From assembly GCA_000934665.2 (NCBI GenBank), contig JYFJ02000072.1, forward strand, positions 124,001 through 187,234: a DNA stretch of 63,234 bases, written 5' to 3'. A program made the position numbers and the translations under genes. Of this stretch, positions 1-10,614 are shown in pieces (the first letter of the stretch is position 1; the number at the start of each line of letters is the position of its first letter). Source of the DNA: Catajapyx aquilonaris (Eukaryota). Under the pieces are notes generated by a model. The model was not told the origin of the DNA. It did no database searches and worked only from the letters and a program-made list of their open reading frames with translations.

Positions 1-957
1 TTGCAGGCTGGTCGCACAAGGCAGCAGGCCATCTTCCATTGTGATGCATGTGAACGCCCCTGAAATGAGCCAAACACATCTAATATTGCAGTCGGGAACA
101 CCCCCGACAAACTCACCATTTCCCCCAGTTGGTCAGTTGCTCCCGAATGTATTGGTCGGCCATCCATGGTTTCAACCCCAGCGAATGGCCGCAGAGATAA
201 AGGGCCTCGTCGTCCAGGTCAGCCAGGCCAATGTCAACTGCATGGTTGGTGATGTCAGTGTCAGTTTTTTAAGTATCGTAATCTGACTTACTGTTTGGAA
301 GGTCCCTCATCTTGGGCATAGCAAACTGTCCTCGAAGAGGCCGCAAAGGATCGTGCTCGTCCATAAAATTGGCAAATTCCACCGAGTCCACTGAGACGTC
401 GCTGACTTGTGCCATTTTGTTAAGGACGTCATCCGGTCTTTGCTTTTGTTCCTTGGAGTCAATAAGATTATGTCAAAAACAATGATCTAGTATATTCAAA
501 CACTGCAGTGACAAACGGATCGCACTTGGCATTCGTTCCATAAGCGCTGGATCTGCTCATGGTCCTTGGCATTTAATATCTCGCTCGTCGTAGATAATGC
601 AGCTGTAAATGTAAACGATGCAAACAACCCGCTGTAAATTTCTACAAGACAAATTTAGCATACTTAATCACACAAGGTTTCTGATTTTGCAATGACTACA
701 GGAATGCGAGATGACCTTTCCTTGTGTCAAAGGTTTCCTGGGTTATCAGTCTTAAAATGTCCTCCAAAAGCTTTTAATGCGTATGAAGCACACACGTATA
801 AACTGCACTAATCAGGCTAATTACTGCGTATGTAAATTAAGCGCAACTTACAGTCCCTCCTTAGGAATCCTTCTGGCAAACTTCCTCTTCTGGATGGAGG
901 TGAAAGGGCAGATTGAGAGAGCCAAAGAGGTGGTGTACCTCTACTACACACAGCCAT
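1..957 (-). CDS. KYNU: Kynureninase (PLP-dependent), 5' portion; gene continues off the left edge
   Basis: Spliced in frame with GT-AG introns: exons 852-957 (GCACC-ATG-G start), 526-602, 292-451, 117-237, 1-59. Translation includes FANFMDEHDPLRPLRGQFAMPKMRDLPN..EALYLCGHSLGLKP..EQLTNWGKWGVHMH, matching the eukaryotic KYNU N-terminus (LDEEDKLRHFRECFYIPK..AIYFLGNSLGLQP..WAK). The two most 5' exons rest only on splice signals and frame. Confidence 0.85.
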
Positions 958-1023
958 GGTGCCACTCTAATGGTGGCTCTTCTTCAACAAAGGATTCCAC
1001 TCTTTAAGAGAGACGAATCTTAC

Positions 1024-1301
1024 CTCGTTACAGTTCGCAAGAAGCCTCTCCCGGTTCTGTCACGAGGAGCAAGACGATCGCGAGGTCACCCTCGACCCTT
1101 GACCACTTCTTATCAGAGAAACTGAGCAACTCCTTATTTGCACCATCGAATGTTGCGCTCTTCGAACAATCGGGAAGTGTTGTTGGGGATTGGTTGGATA
1201 CAATAATAATAGTGGGAGGATTTCAGCTCTTATCTGGATGGGACAAAGTTTACTATTGCGTTGTAACTCCATCAGCCAGTATTACAGGCTCGATTACAGG
1301 C
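1024..1301 (-). other. Probable 5' UTR exon of the kynureninase gene, containing a 70-codon AUG uORF (1060-1272)
   Basis: Acceptor ttatag| at 1302-1303; strong donor GAG|gtaaga at 1023; a 57-nt intron leads to the acceptor at 967, just upstream of the KYNU ATG. Confidence 0.4.
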
Positions 1302-2091
1302 CTATAACATGATGATGCTGATGTGTTAGTTATGAAATGTTTTACGTATGCAATGTAAGAATCTTTTGACCAATAGGAAGCTTTCAGGGACATGGGTATT
1401 CCCAATTTCCATGAGGGTAAAGAACAGATAACTCATCCAGGGTCAAAGGGCACCACGGTTGCACTCCCAATGCCACCTGCAGACCAAAATAATCAGCCCG
1501 TGATAATAATGTTCAGCCATCATCAATTGACCTAAAATTGGGACGTGTTTCATAGTCTTCAGGATTTACAGGTGACGATGAATATAGTTATCTAATAGTT
1601 TCAAGGTTCTGATATATTCCACCCACATGCATGATAGTGTGTTGCTATTTACATTATAAGATTTTATTTACTCTCAAAGTTCTTACCTTTGGCAGCATGC
1701 CCTAAATGACTGGACACATTAGCCAAGGAGACCTTGCTTGCATGATGACCTTGAGCAGATGTGGAGTAAATACATCAAGTAGATGCACACTTCTGATTAG
1801 ATTGGATTGGTATATTGTATGCAATGTGCTCAGTGTGTATTGGTTTCAAAGATATCACCATGGTGTGTCATGTAATGTAATGACAAACATGCAAAGTATA
1901 GGAGAAAACTTTTCTTAATGCAGCTTACAGTTGATAGTAATATACATGTTGAACGAACAGAACAATACGGTACTACTACTTTACAGTTTAATTGCACATA
2001 CAATTTTGATGTTTATTATTGCCACAAAACATCTATATACAGGAAAAAAATAATAGTCTCGTTGATTGAAGCATGGTTTGAGCACTGTTCT

Positions 2092-5000
2092 CTAGCGTGA
2101 TGCACCTCGGTGGTGGCACCGTAACTCCCAGCTAGCACCGGAGTTAACCTCCAGTACAGCAGCCAAATTTGCTGTGGCCTCCAGTCTCCTAGATCCAATG
2201 TTCCCACCAACTTCACACAAGGAATGTGTGGCAAGGGCATCTTCCATGTCAGAAGCATTGAGCAAGCACCCAAGGGAACCATCTGGAGCCAGCTGGGCCA
2301 GTTGGCGACGATTTGGTGGCTCTGACCCTGCATCTGCCTTCAGCAGGCACTGGGTCATCAGGCTCCAGACCACATCACCTGCAGTGGTCTTTGTAGTGAA
2401 GGGCATGGGATGGTCTGGCAGCCCCAATTGAGGAGCAGACACAATCAAGGACTCTGCATCAGTGTGAGGTGGAAGTTGGGTATAATCCTTGTCACGGCCA
2501 GTTTTTCGAGGAAGGAGGCGCCTAATCTGTTAATTAAAACAATGTCTGGATCAAAATATGACACGGATACAATACTAACACCTAAAAATGTATCTAAATG
2601 CCTGGGTTGATGTCAGATAGACACCTCATTATAGCTAGGCAAAGATTCATTACCACTGCTATTCTGTTATACCCAAGTCTTACTCACTCCCATCCAGTGA
2701 AATACAGTGCATGCCTAGAGATTCCTTCACAAGTCACAACTAACAACATGTAACACTTGGCTATCATTTTTAAGACTACTAACCGGTCTGTGGTGTTTCT
2801 TGTTGCTCTCATCTTCCCTCAGCCTCCTGGCCTGCCTGAGCAGGTATGGAGGAACAGTCCACAGACGCTCTTGGTGCAGCACCAGCATCTCAGAGAGGCG
2901 GCACGTGATGGCTGCCACATTCAGATGGGAGTCCAGTGACTTGCTAGCAGATGGCAAGAACAGTGTAGGAGCCATGATCATAGAGATGTTGCGCAGAGGC
3001 ATCCGATTGGCCTCTGATCGACTGGCCAGCTTCCCAAGAAAAGTCAGTAGGGCAGCCAGTGTGTCCCTGTGGGCCTGAGGCAAGAGGAGTACTAAGAGGT
3101 TCAGTGCCCGCAGTTGTGTAGTGGGACTCTTAAGACTTGGGACCTGCAGGAATGTTTCTCTCAGGGATGATGGGAGAAGGGGCTCAGGCAAGTCGCGAAG
3201 AAATTGCTTCAGGACGCCAGCAACATCATGGGGGGAAGCTTGAGAAAGGGCCTCCTCCACCTTCTCTGGAGAGGAGTATAGACAGTCCTCAAGTGTCTGA
3301 CGGAGAGTCTGGGTTTTCTGGCGATGTCCAGCTACACGTAGAAGACCCTCCTCTTCCAGGCAGGAATGCTCCAAGTGGTTCAGCAGCTGGTGATTGGGAA
3401 TATTTATATTAAGACTTTTGCTTTCTGATGTCAGTTAGGCTACCATGCAATATGAATTACTAAAAATTTAATATCTTCTCAGTGCACATAAAATTTCAGA
3501 AACCTGATAAACCATAGAAGCTACAGAATAAGCACAAGAACAGCTACAATACATTCCTGGTACCATTTGAAGTTTTGCATGTTCAATTTAGATTTTAGAG
3601 TCAATGAAAGGCGCAACAATATTTTACCTTCTGCAGTATGATGGGAACCCTGCAGTCTGGAATGTGTGCTTGGTCTCTGTCCACCAGACGAGTGAGTGAT
3701 ACCCCAAATATCCCTGATTCTGATTCTCTCTTGGCCCTGCGCCTAGGCTTTCTCCGACTAACTGCCAATCCTTCCTCATCACACAATGCTGTCAGTTCCA
3801 TCAGCAGAAGTTTCCTCAGCCTATTTGCATCCTCCTCTGATAGATCTGACAGGTACGTCCTCCCACATGGATCTACTGGAACATCTATTGAATCATCTTC
3901 CTCGTCATCAGGCTGGGTGTCCCTCAAAACCGCCTCAAACCCACGGTTATTGTGATTATGGTCGTTGTCTCCCTCTTGACTAGATTCAGAGTGGTTCACC
4001 TCTTCTCTGGAACCGCGTGAGGCTCGAGGAATGTAACCTGGCATGTATATGGTCCCAAAATTGTGGTATCCCAGCATCTGTATGCCAGAATCACTTGCCA
4101 CATCGCCTCCAGGTCCACCCATCCATGCTGGACCAGACTTCCCAGATGTTTTAGGACGGTTGCTGCGAGACTGGGTGTCCTGTTCAGTGCCACGAAATAT
4201 GCTGACAAAGCGGGGCACACCATCCGGGGAGCTGGGAGGGCTAACTGATTGGCCGCGAGGGGGAGACGAACCAGAAGGTGCTAGAAGCTCCGGTGATGAT
4301 GAGGAAGGGGACGACTCACCAAAGACCTAATATACAAATGCACTGTATAATATGCACATCTTGAAAGTACCGTATGAGTGTCATACCTGGCGGATGTCTG
4401 GCTTGCTCTTTGGAGGTTTCTGTCGGAGGTGCTGTCGCCTCTTTACCGTAGCATTAAGGGCAGCAACTCTTCTGAAAACAGTCCTTGCATGGCGTCGGGG
4501 AAGGGTGGCCACCAGTGGGGCAACTTCTGACTCCTCCACCTCATTTCCAGAACGAAATGTGGCTGCCAGGTCGCCCAGACCCACTGCCTGAAGCCACTCC
4601 TCCTCTGGCTCTGGCTCCACTTCTACCAACAAATGCAATTATGAGCTGCTAAGTCTCTGAACAAATTGGTGCAAACAATGACACACAACTTTATCTACAC
4701 CTACCTTCCTCTGAGGTCTTGACAAATGCCTCCTCCTCCTCACCCTCGTCACCCTCTCCAGCATGCAGGCTTCGACACTCATGCCAAAAGTCTGCATAGT
4801 CAGCTGCCTCTCCTCCAGCCACTGGTGGCTTCATTTCGTTCTGCAAAATAATGCAACAAATATCAGGATTATAAGCGTCATGAATAACTCACAGCAAAAG
4901 GATGTTCATCACAGGTGATCATGTAACTCTCAATGAATGACTTGCTTTTGCAGAATCCCTGGATATTCCACTACTTTTTGCTTTATCCGGCTCTATCATT

Positions 5001-7930
5001 TCAGCAATTACCTTGTCTTGCAACTCCACACACCCCATATTCCCACCCAACATGTGCTACAACATTCCCATACACTATGTACACACACCTGTGTTTCCTT
5101 TGTTAAATCCTGCATGGCTCATCCCAGACCTCTGCAAAAGAATGAATCTCTATATGAGGTCACCCCATCAGGGCTGCACTTTATCATATATGCTGATAAG
5201 ATACACATTCAATTGTCCTAGTAAAGACCTGTACATATTCAGATACCCTCTTCCTATGTATAAATTCTCCCTTAAAAAAAACTTGCCCACCTCAATCGAA
5301 AGTGAAATGATACAAGTCCTTCCAACCCACTTCAAGGTGCAAACTTCAAACGTGCCGCGAATCAGTTTCCGCTCATTTCCGCTCTTCATTGAAAACCTTG
5401 CATACATCAACGCAATTATTTTACCAAACACATCCCGTTACGTGTCGCACTAATTGCTGTATCTCGTCTGTACACAAGTGGGCATTGAACCCGACAGACC
5501 GCCCTAGAAAATCAGTGACGTCAACATCAGTTATACTCGCATTTTTCGTGAAAAAACACGTGAAATCGAAGTCCTCGTTTTTTTTTAAAGCCAATATTGA
5601 CCTACAAATGTATCGTCTGAGGTGTTATTTATTGAATCGCATAATCTCAAGGCTATCTACCAAATACAGGCGTGATACTTCCAAGGATATCCTAACTCAT
5701 GCCAAATCCTCTTTTCCACATGATCGCGTCGTATTTTTCGCAAACCAACTAGTAGGTTCGCGAAAAAACTACTCCATTTCCGCCACTTCCACCCCAATTA
5801 TACCCGTCAACCCGACCGGAACCTACGATTGTGCGAAGCAAAGGTGCAAATTAGTCGAATGCCTGAATTACCACCTTCCTTCCTACAAAACACACGCGTT
5901 ATAGAAGCTCACCTTGACATTTGGAATAGCAATGGCACATTTTCGAAGCCACTGGAAGCTGAGAATCTGCTGTTTTATTACCCGCCACCGCATCACACAC
6001 GTCAAGGTCGCTGCGTATGGTGTGTGCGAACTTACCTGCTGACGTCACTCACTTTCACCTGTATTTTTTTCCACACTCTTCCTTACCCCTCTGGGTATGC
6101 ATGTATGGCTACCAATTCCCAGCAGACATATGAATGAGGCCAGATATTTCGTTGGGAAAGTACACTGATCGACTACTGGTTATGTAACATGGCGTGCTTG
6201 TTCACACATGGAGCTAAAATTCTGACACTCTGTAGACTCGTCGCTAAGCTCGGCTGGGGGGGCGAAGCCCACAGGCTTCGCCCCAACTTCGCCCTCTTTG
6301 AGTACAGTACTAAAAGGGCATGGGGGCGACCTTACCTGTTTGCGTACTCTGATGCACCCAGTGATGAAAGAAACCATGGCCAACGGCCCCTGGCTAACCA
6401 TTTATCTTCAGCAGTCACCGAGACCACCTTCGAAATCTGCTTTCTCGCTTGGTAAACAGGACGGAAGTTGGTCAATACGTTGATATGCTCGCGCCATCTT
6501 TTCCTCCTTTAATTCCGGCTGCCTTCTTTTTATAATACTTTTGAAGCTATTTTAGGGATGTCGTAGATGCAGACTTCCGTTAGTATTGTGGGCCAAGTAT
6601 ATACTTGGAGGGCAAGAAAGTCGGGCCACGCCTTTTCGTCACGGACCACCCGGTGTTCTACCATGCCCATCTCTTCCGGAAACTCCTCAACTTCTGCATT
6701 TTTACATGTGTCGGTGGCCAAAATGAGGTCACGGTGGATTTGGCCGAGTTTGTCCCAATTATGGATGTCGTCTTTTCACGCCCTCTTGCTATTGTCACGC
6801 CTGATGTGTTCTTGGGATGTTACGGGTGATAAGCAAGTGGGGAGATTTTTGGTTGCGAATTTTTTTTATATGGGAACTGTCAGTCTGTAGGTGACATATA
6901 TTCATGCACTGAATGCTGCCAGGTTGTCAACAACTGACGTCAAGGTCTGAGGCAAATTGCATAAGGCTAATGTATTCTCTTGCAAATTATGGTAGCCTTC
7001 ACCTAAACAAATGGAGGTGTTTAAAATTCCATTACAGACCAACACATGTCACGGTGTGTCAAGGTGAAAGCGGTGCTTATATGTGACTACAGCGGATTTA
7101 CAAATTTGCTTGTGAGGGGGGAGGGGGAGGGTTTCCTGTCATTACGTTTTAGTGCGGTGGTTTACTATGGTCTTAACCGTGACTCAATGCCTTTTCTTGT
7201 TCGTGGGCATGGTTCTCAGAAATTGAACCCAAAAATGGTCGGTCACATCCATTTGCCGCTGAAACGATTCTACCGTTCCAAGGAAACACACTTGCGTACC
7301 CTTCTCGTGCAGAAAGCGCAGACAATGTGAGCGTACTGAATGACAATATAGGAGTGTGCAAAAAATATATTTTGAGTAAGGGATAGTGGGTGGTGGGTGG
7401 GGAGAGAAGCTCAATGCAGGCTTGGTTGAGAAACCAAGCGTGGTCCGTACATACTTTCCTTGATCATCGCCTGAATCACCACACCTGCCTGCCCACAACT
7501 TTTCAAGAAGGTTGAGGGAGTGGGTGGGGGGGTTCTGGTGGGGGGGTTAGGCACGCAGGCAAAAGGAGGGAGTACTGTGTGAATATATGCCACCGGTTTA
7601 TTTTGTCTGGATAACAATGGGCAGAAGCATATTTATATTTATATGGGGCGTGCGGCACAAATGTACTGCCACCAAGTGATGTGAGAATACCCCCATTGTA
7701 AAATAGTGACCTTGCAAACAACGTTGCGTAACATTCTCACTCTCAGAAGGTAAAGGCACCCGACAGGTCAATGCAAGGTTGGCAGGGACAAGCCATTCAA
7801 GACTGGTATTGTCATATTGAGCATGTTTACTCACCTGCTGGGGGTAGGCAACGTAGATGGTAAGTCGGTGAATGTTGTCCAGGTTGTGCGTGGAGACCTC
7901 CCTGCTGCTCAGCCAGGGAGGAACCCTCAT
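2092..7930 (-). CDS. Rho GTPase-activating protein, ARHGAP18/28/40 (Drosophila Conundrum)-like, about 734 aa (700 aa if initiated at ATG 4834)
   Basis: Exons 7835-7930 (tentative), 4705-4840, 4387-4622, 3628-4326, 2784-3386, 2092-2526; all junctions are GT-AG and in frame. RhoGAP domain: IFGVSLTRL..VPIILQK..EGLLRVAG (Arg finger)..HDVAGVLKQFLRDLPEPLL..NRMPLRNISMIMAPTLF. The N-terminal EEEWLQAVGL and C-terminal LCEVGGNIGSRRL motifs are typical of the ARHGAP18 family. AATAAA at 2012-2017 (-). Confidence 0.9.
6259..6284. repeat. Perfect GC-rich inverted repeat (11-bp stem, 4-nt loop)
   Basis: GGGGCGAAGCC-CACA-GGCTTCGCCCC, with an extra copy of CTTCGCCC at 6287-6294. Confidence 0.8.
6332..6850 (-). 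mobile_element. Degenerate 3' end of a non-LTR retrotransposon with a restriction-like endonuclease (R2/R4/NeSL-type)
   Basis: One minus frame, broken by 3 internal stops, reads xPTC..SQEHI (decayed CCHC), IHN..IH..L, PD-x14-EV, K..*K and ARGRW..LSSLG. This is the canonical RLE motif order, but the K..KY motif is not intact. Confidence 0.45.
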
Positions 7931-8110
7931 GTACCTGCAAAGCAAGAGACAGTAATGAGCCTCCAATACCTGTCGGAAGTTCACGCTTCACCAAACAACC
8001 TGTTGTGCAACCGACACCCATGGCTACGATGCACTTCCCCTCTGACAGCCCCTCACATGCATGCTACATGCTTGGACACCCCATTACCATGTGACATGTC
8101 AGTAACATAC

Positions 8111-8300
8111 CTTGTTGTTGTCACCAGCAGCACACCATCCTCATCCTGTCATAGCTCCGGTTGTCCCATGCTTCCACTGCACTCTGGCTTACCCCTTCTT
8201 TCCTGTGCAGGCTGCCAAGGAGGCCTCCTTTTCTCTTCTTCCCTACTTTGCCTTCTCCTCCACCCCTCCAAGCAACAGCCAACCAGCCAGCCAAGGCCCC
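8111..8300 (-). other. Possible non-coding first exon of the RhoGAP gene (5' boundary uncertain)
   Basis: Donor CAAG|gtatgt at 8110 could splice to the acceptor tttgcag| at 7935. An in-frame stop precedes ATG 7930. Confidence 0.3.
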
Positions 8301-8845
8301 AGGTTGGAAACACACAACTGAGCACGCTCATACCCAGCGCCACTCCACATTTGCAACTGGGGACGAGGAAAACAAGGGTCGTACCCATTCATTGCCTGGG
8401 GACGACCCTATTCAAAACAGTAATTTGTAAAATTAATGCTAGTCAAATGTTACAGAGGACAATGTGCGTCGTGGGATACGGTGAATTAATATCTTGCCCG
8501 GATGGGCTCGGTATATTACACTGAGGACACTATTTGGAGCATGAACGACAATTACTGGTGCTCTAGATTTACGGTCCCAAAAACTAAATTAACAAACTGC
8601 ATAATAAAAAAAGGCGTTCAATTTCACTCCAACTGGTGGTAACGGTGTTTGTTGCGTGCAACTTTCCACTTTTAATGGGATATTTCAACTGCGAAAAAAT
8701 GGGTGTTACCGAAGCGTATATTAAGTGGTAGATGACACAAGAGGAAAAAAAGCGTTACAATTTGGGGTGACAAAACGAAATTTTTTAATCCTTTACCGGT
8801 TACACAATCTTTTTAAATTCAACAAAATGACAATTTTCCTTCACA

Positions 8846-10364
8846 TCATGGCAGTGTAGGTCTCTTTGGCACTACCTGCTTAAAACAGGGCTTAGGCAGT
8901 CGATATGAGCCAGGATTTGATGAGAAAAACAATCGCGAATTTTCCAGGCTTCCTTTGATGCAGGGTAAGTAAGGATCATTTGAATCTTGAAGATTGTCGG
9001 TGCGGATGATGGGGTTCAATTCTTTTTGCTTCATCCGCGTTTTCAGCTGCAGTTTGCTCATTTGACTCAATGGTGGAAGGTGTCTCTGGTGCAAAATTTT
9101 GTCTCTGAAGCCCATCATGGCATCAACTGGCCTCCTTCTTGAAGTGTCTTTAGATCGTAAGCAGCCACGGAAGAAGTCCTTCTTGCAGATGACAACTGAC
9201 ATGTCCTGGCTGAAAATATCGAACTGCGATTTCGTTGAGGATAGATTTTCACCGTGTGGGACTATAGGGGACACCACACCCTCATTCTTCTTTTGGCCTA
9301 GATCTTCAGCTTTCTCTTGGTCGGATGCAAACTTCCCCTTCATTCTATGCCCTGTAATCAATGCATCCAACTCTGCTTCTAGTGATTCCAATTTAATTTG
9401 CCTAATGTCATCATCAGCATCACTTTGTTGGTTACTTATGGTTTTCGCTTCTTTTTGGAGCGCCTCTAACTTGGCAAGAAGTCCCCACATCTTTTGCTCA
9501 AACTTCTCATGTAAAGCATGCTCCTCTTTACAAGCGGCAAGCATCTTCTGTTCCAGTGAATTGACAGCATTTTCAAACGTCATATGAAATTGCTGTTTTT
9601 CATTGACATCACTGCCGGATGCCTCGCAATCCGGACTGTCCATTTTGATTACCACATCTTTCAGTGCATCCTCTTTGAGCAAGGCCAGTTCCTCCTCCAG
9701 GTCTTCTGACTCATCATCATCATCAGTTTCAATGGATTCCTGATGGGACCACTCGGCATCAGAGGTGTCCGGACTTTCCCTGATGGTGTTATTGGTGGAT
9801 ACGGCAGCATCGGGGTCATCCCTCATCCGTCTGAGATTGTCGGTAAAATCCCGGCTGACCTGGGTCCAAAATAGTTCCGTGGCACACTTGAAAGCCTCCG
9901 TCCTTCTTGCTCGAGTGCGGAGGAAGAGTCGGAGGTCCAATCGGGCACCACATTCGGGACAGATGCGATTAGATGGCTTGGGAACACTGCAGTTGCACCA
10001 TTTGTGGCCATTCAGACACTCGATTACGCAGGTACGAAGACCTCGACATGCCTTTGAAAAGTTATAGTACCGCAGTAATGGAGATGGAACCTGCGGATCT
10101 TCGGCCTCACCGTCATCTGATGGTATCTCATCACTGTAATCAGAACAACATAATTAGGCTACAATATTTTTCCAAATACGCTCAAAAGGTAATATCTTCC
10201 TGTATTCCCAAATATGCAGGCCTACGATTCTGTCGATATTTTAGGTACACCGATTGGATGGCTTATAATGGCCTATAGAGTGCTTACTATGAATTCTGCA
10301 AGTCCACTAACAGATGGGCCTCCTCTGGATCCACGGATGGCAAGGCTCTGGAAAAGTCTCCCAT
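8846..10364 (-). CDS. Uncharacterised 454-aa protein: degenerate Sina/SIAH-like RING, acidic tract, coiled coil
   Basis: Exon 1 is 10288-10364 (ATG; donor TA|gtaagc). Exon 2 is 8846-10133 (acceptor ttacag|) and is open for 429 codons. It contains KACRGLRTCVIECLNGHKWCNCSVPKPSNRICPECGARL, then ETDDDDESEDLEEE and heptad-rich LLAKLEALQKEAK..LESLEAELDAL. Confidence 0.75.
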
Positions 10365-10369
10365 GCTGG

Positions 10370-10420
10370 TCTGAGTGTGAGTGATTGAGATATTTGTGGA
10401 AAAGTGACCCCTTCTATAGG
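10370..10420 (-). promoter_or_regulatory. Putative TATA-like box plus initiator for the RING/coiled-coil gene
   Basis: On the minus strand, TATAGAA at 10418-10412 is followed about 30 nt later by TCACTC, about 20 nt before the ATG. Confidence 0.35.
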
Positions 10421-10614
10421 CATAAATGATCAACTCGGTGATATTGCATTGAACATATCGGATTCATTGAACAGTAAAATGGGAAAGGGATTATAAAAAC
10501 ACATTGCCCGGTTCACATACTTGTATCATACGACTATAACCCGACCTATACAGTATGTGCAGTGACAACAACAGATCGCATCTCGCAGTATGCCCGTATA
10601 TTCAAGTGCCCCAT

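Noticed and set aside
7817..8524. 235-aa plus-strand ORF
   Set aside because: No recognisable domain and low-complexity composition; it lies antisense to the probable RhoGAP 5' exons.
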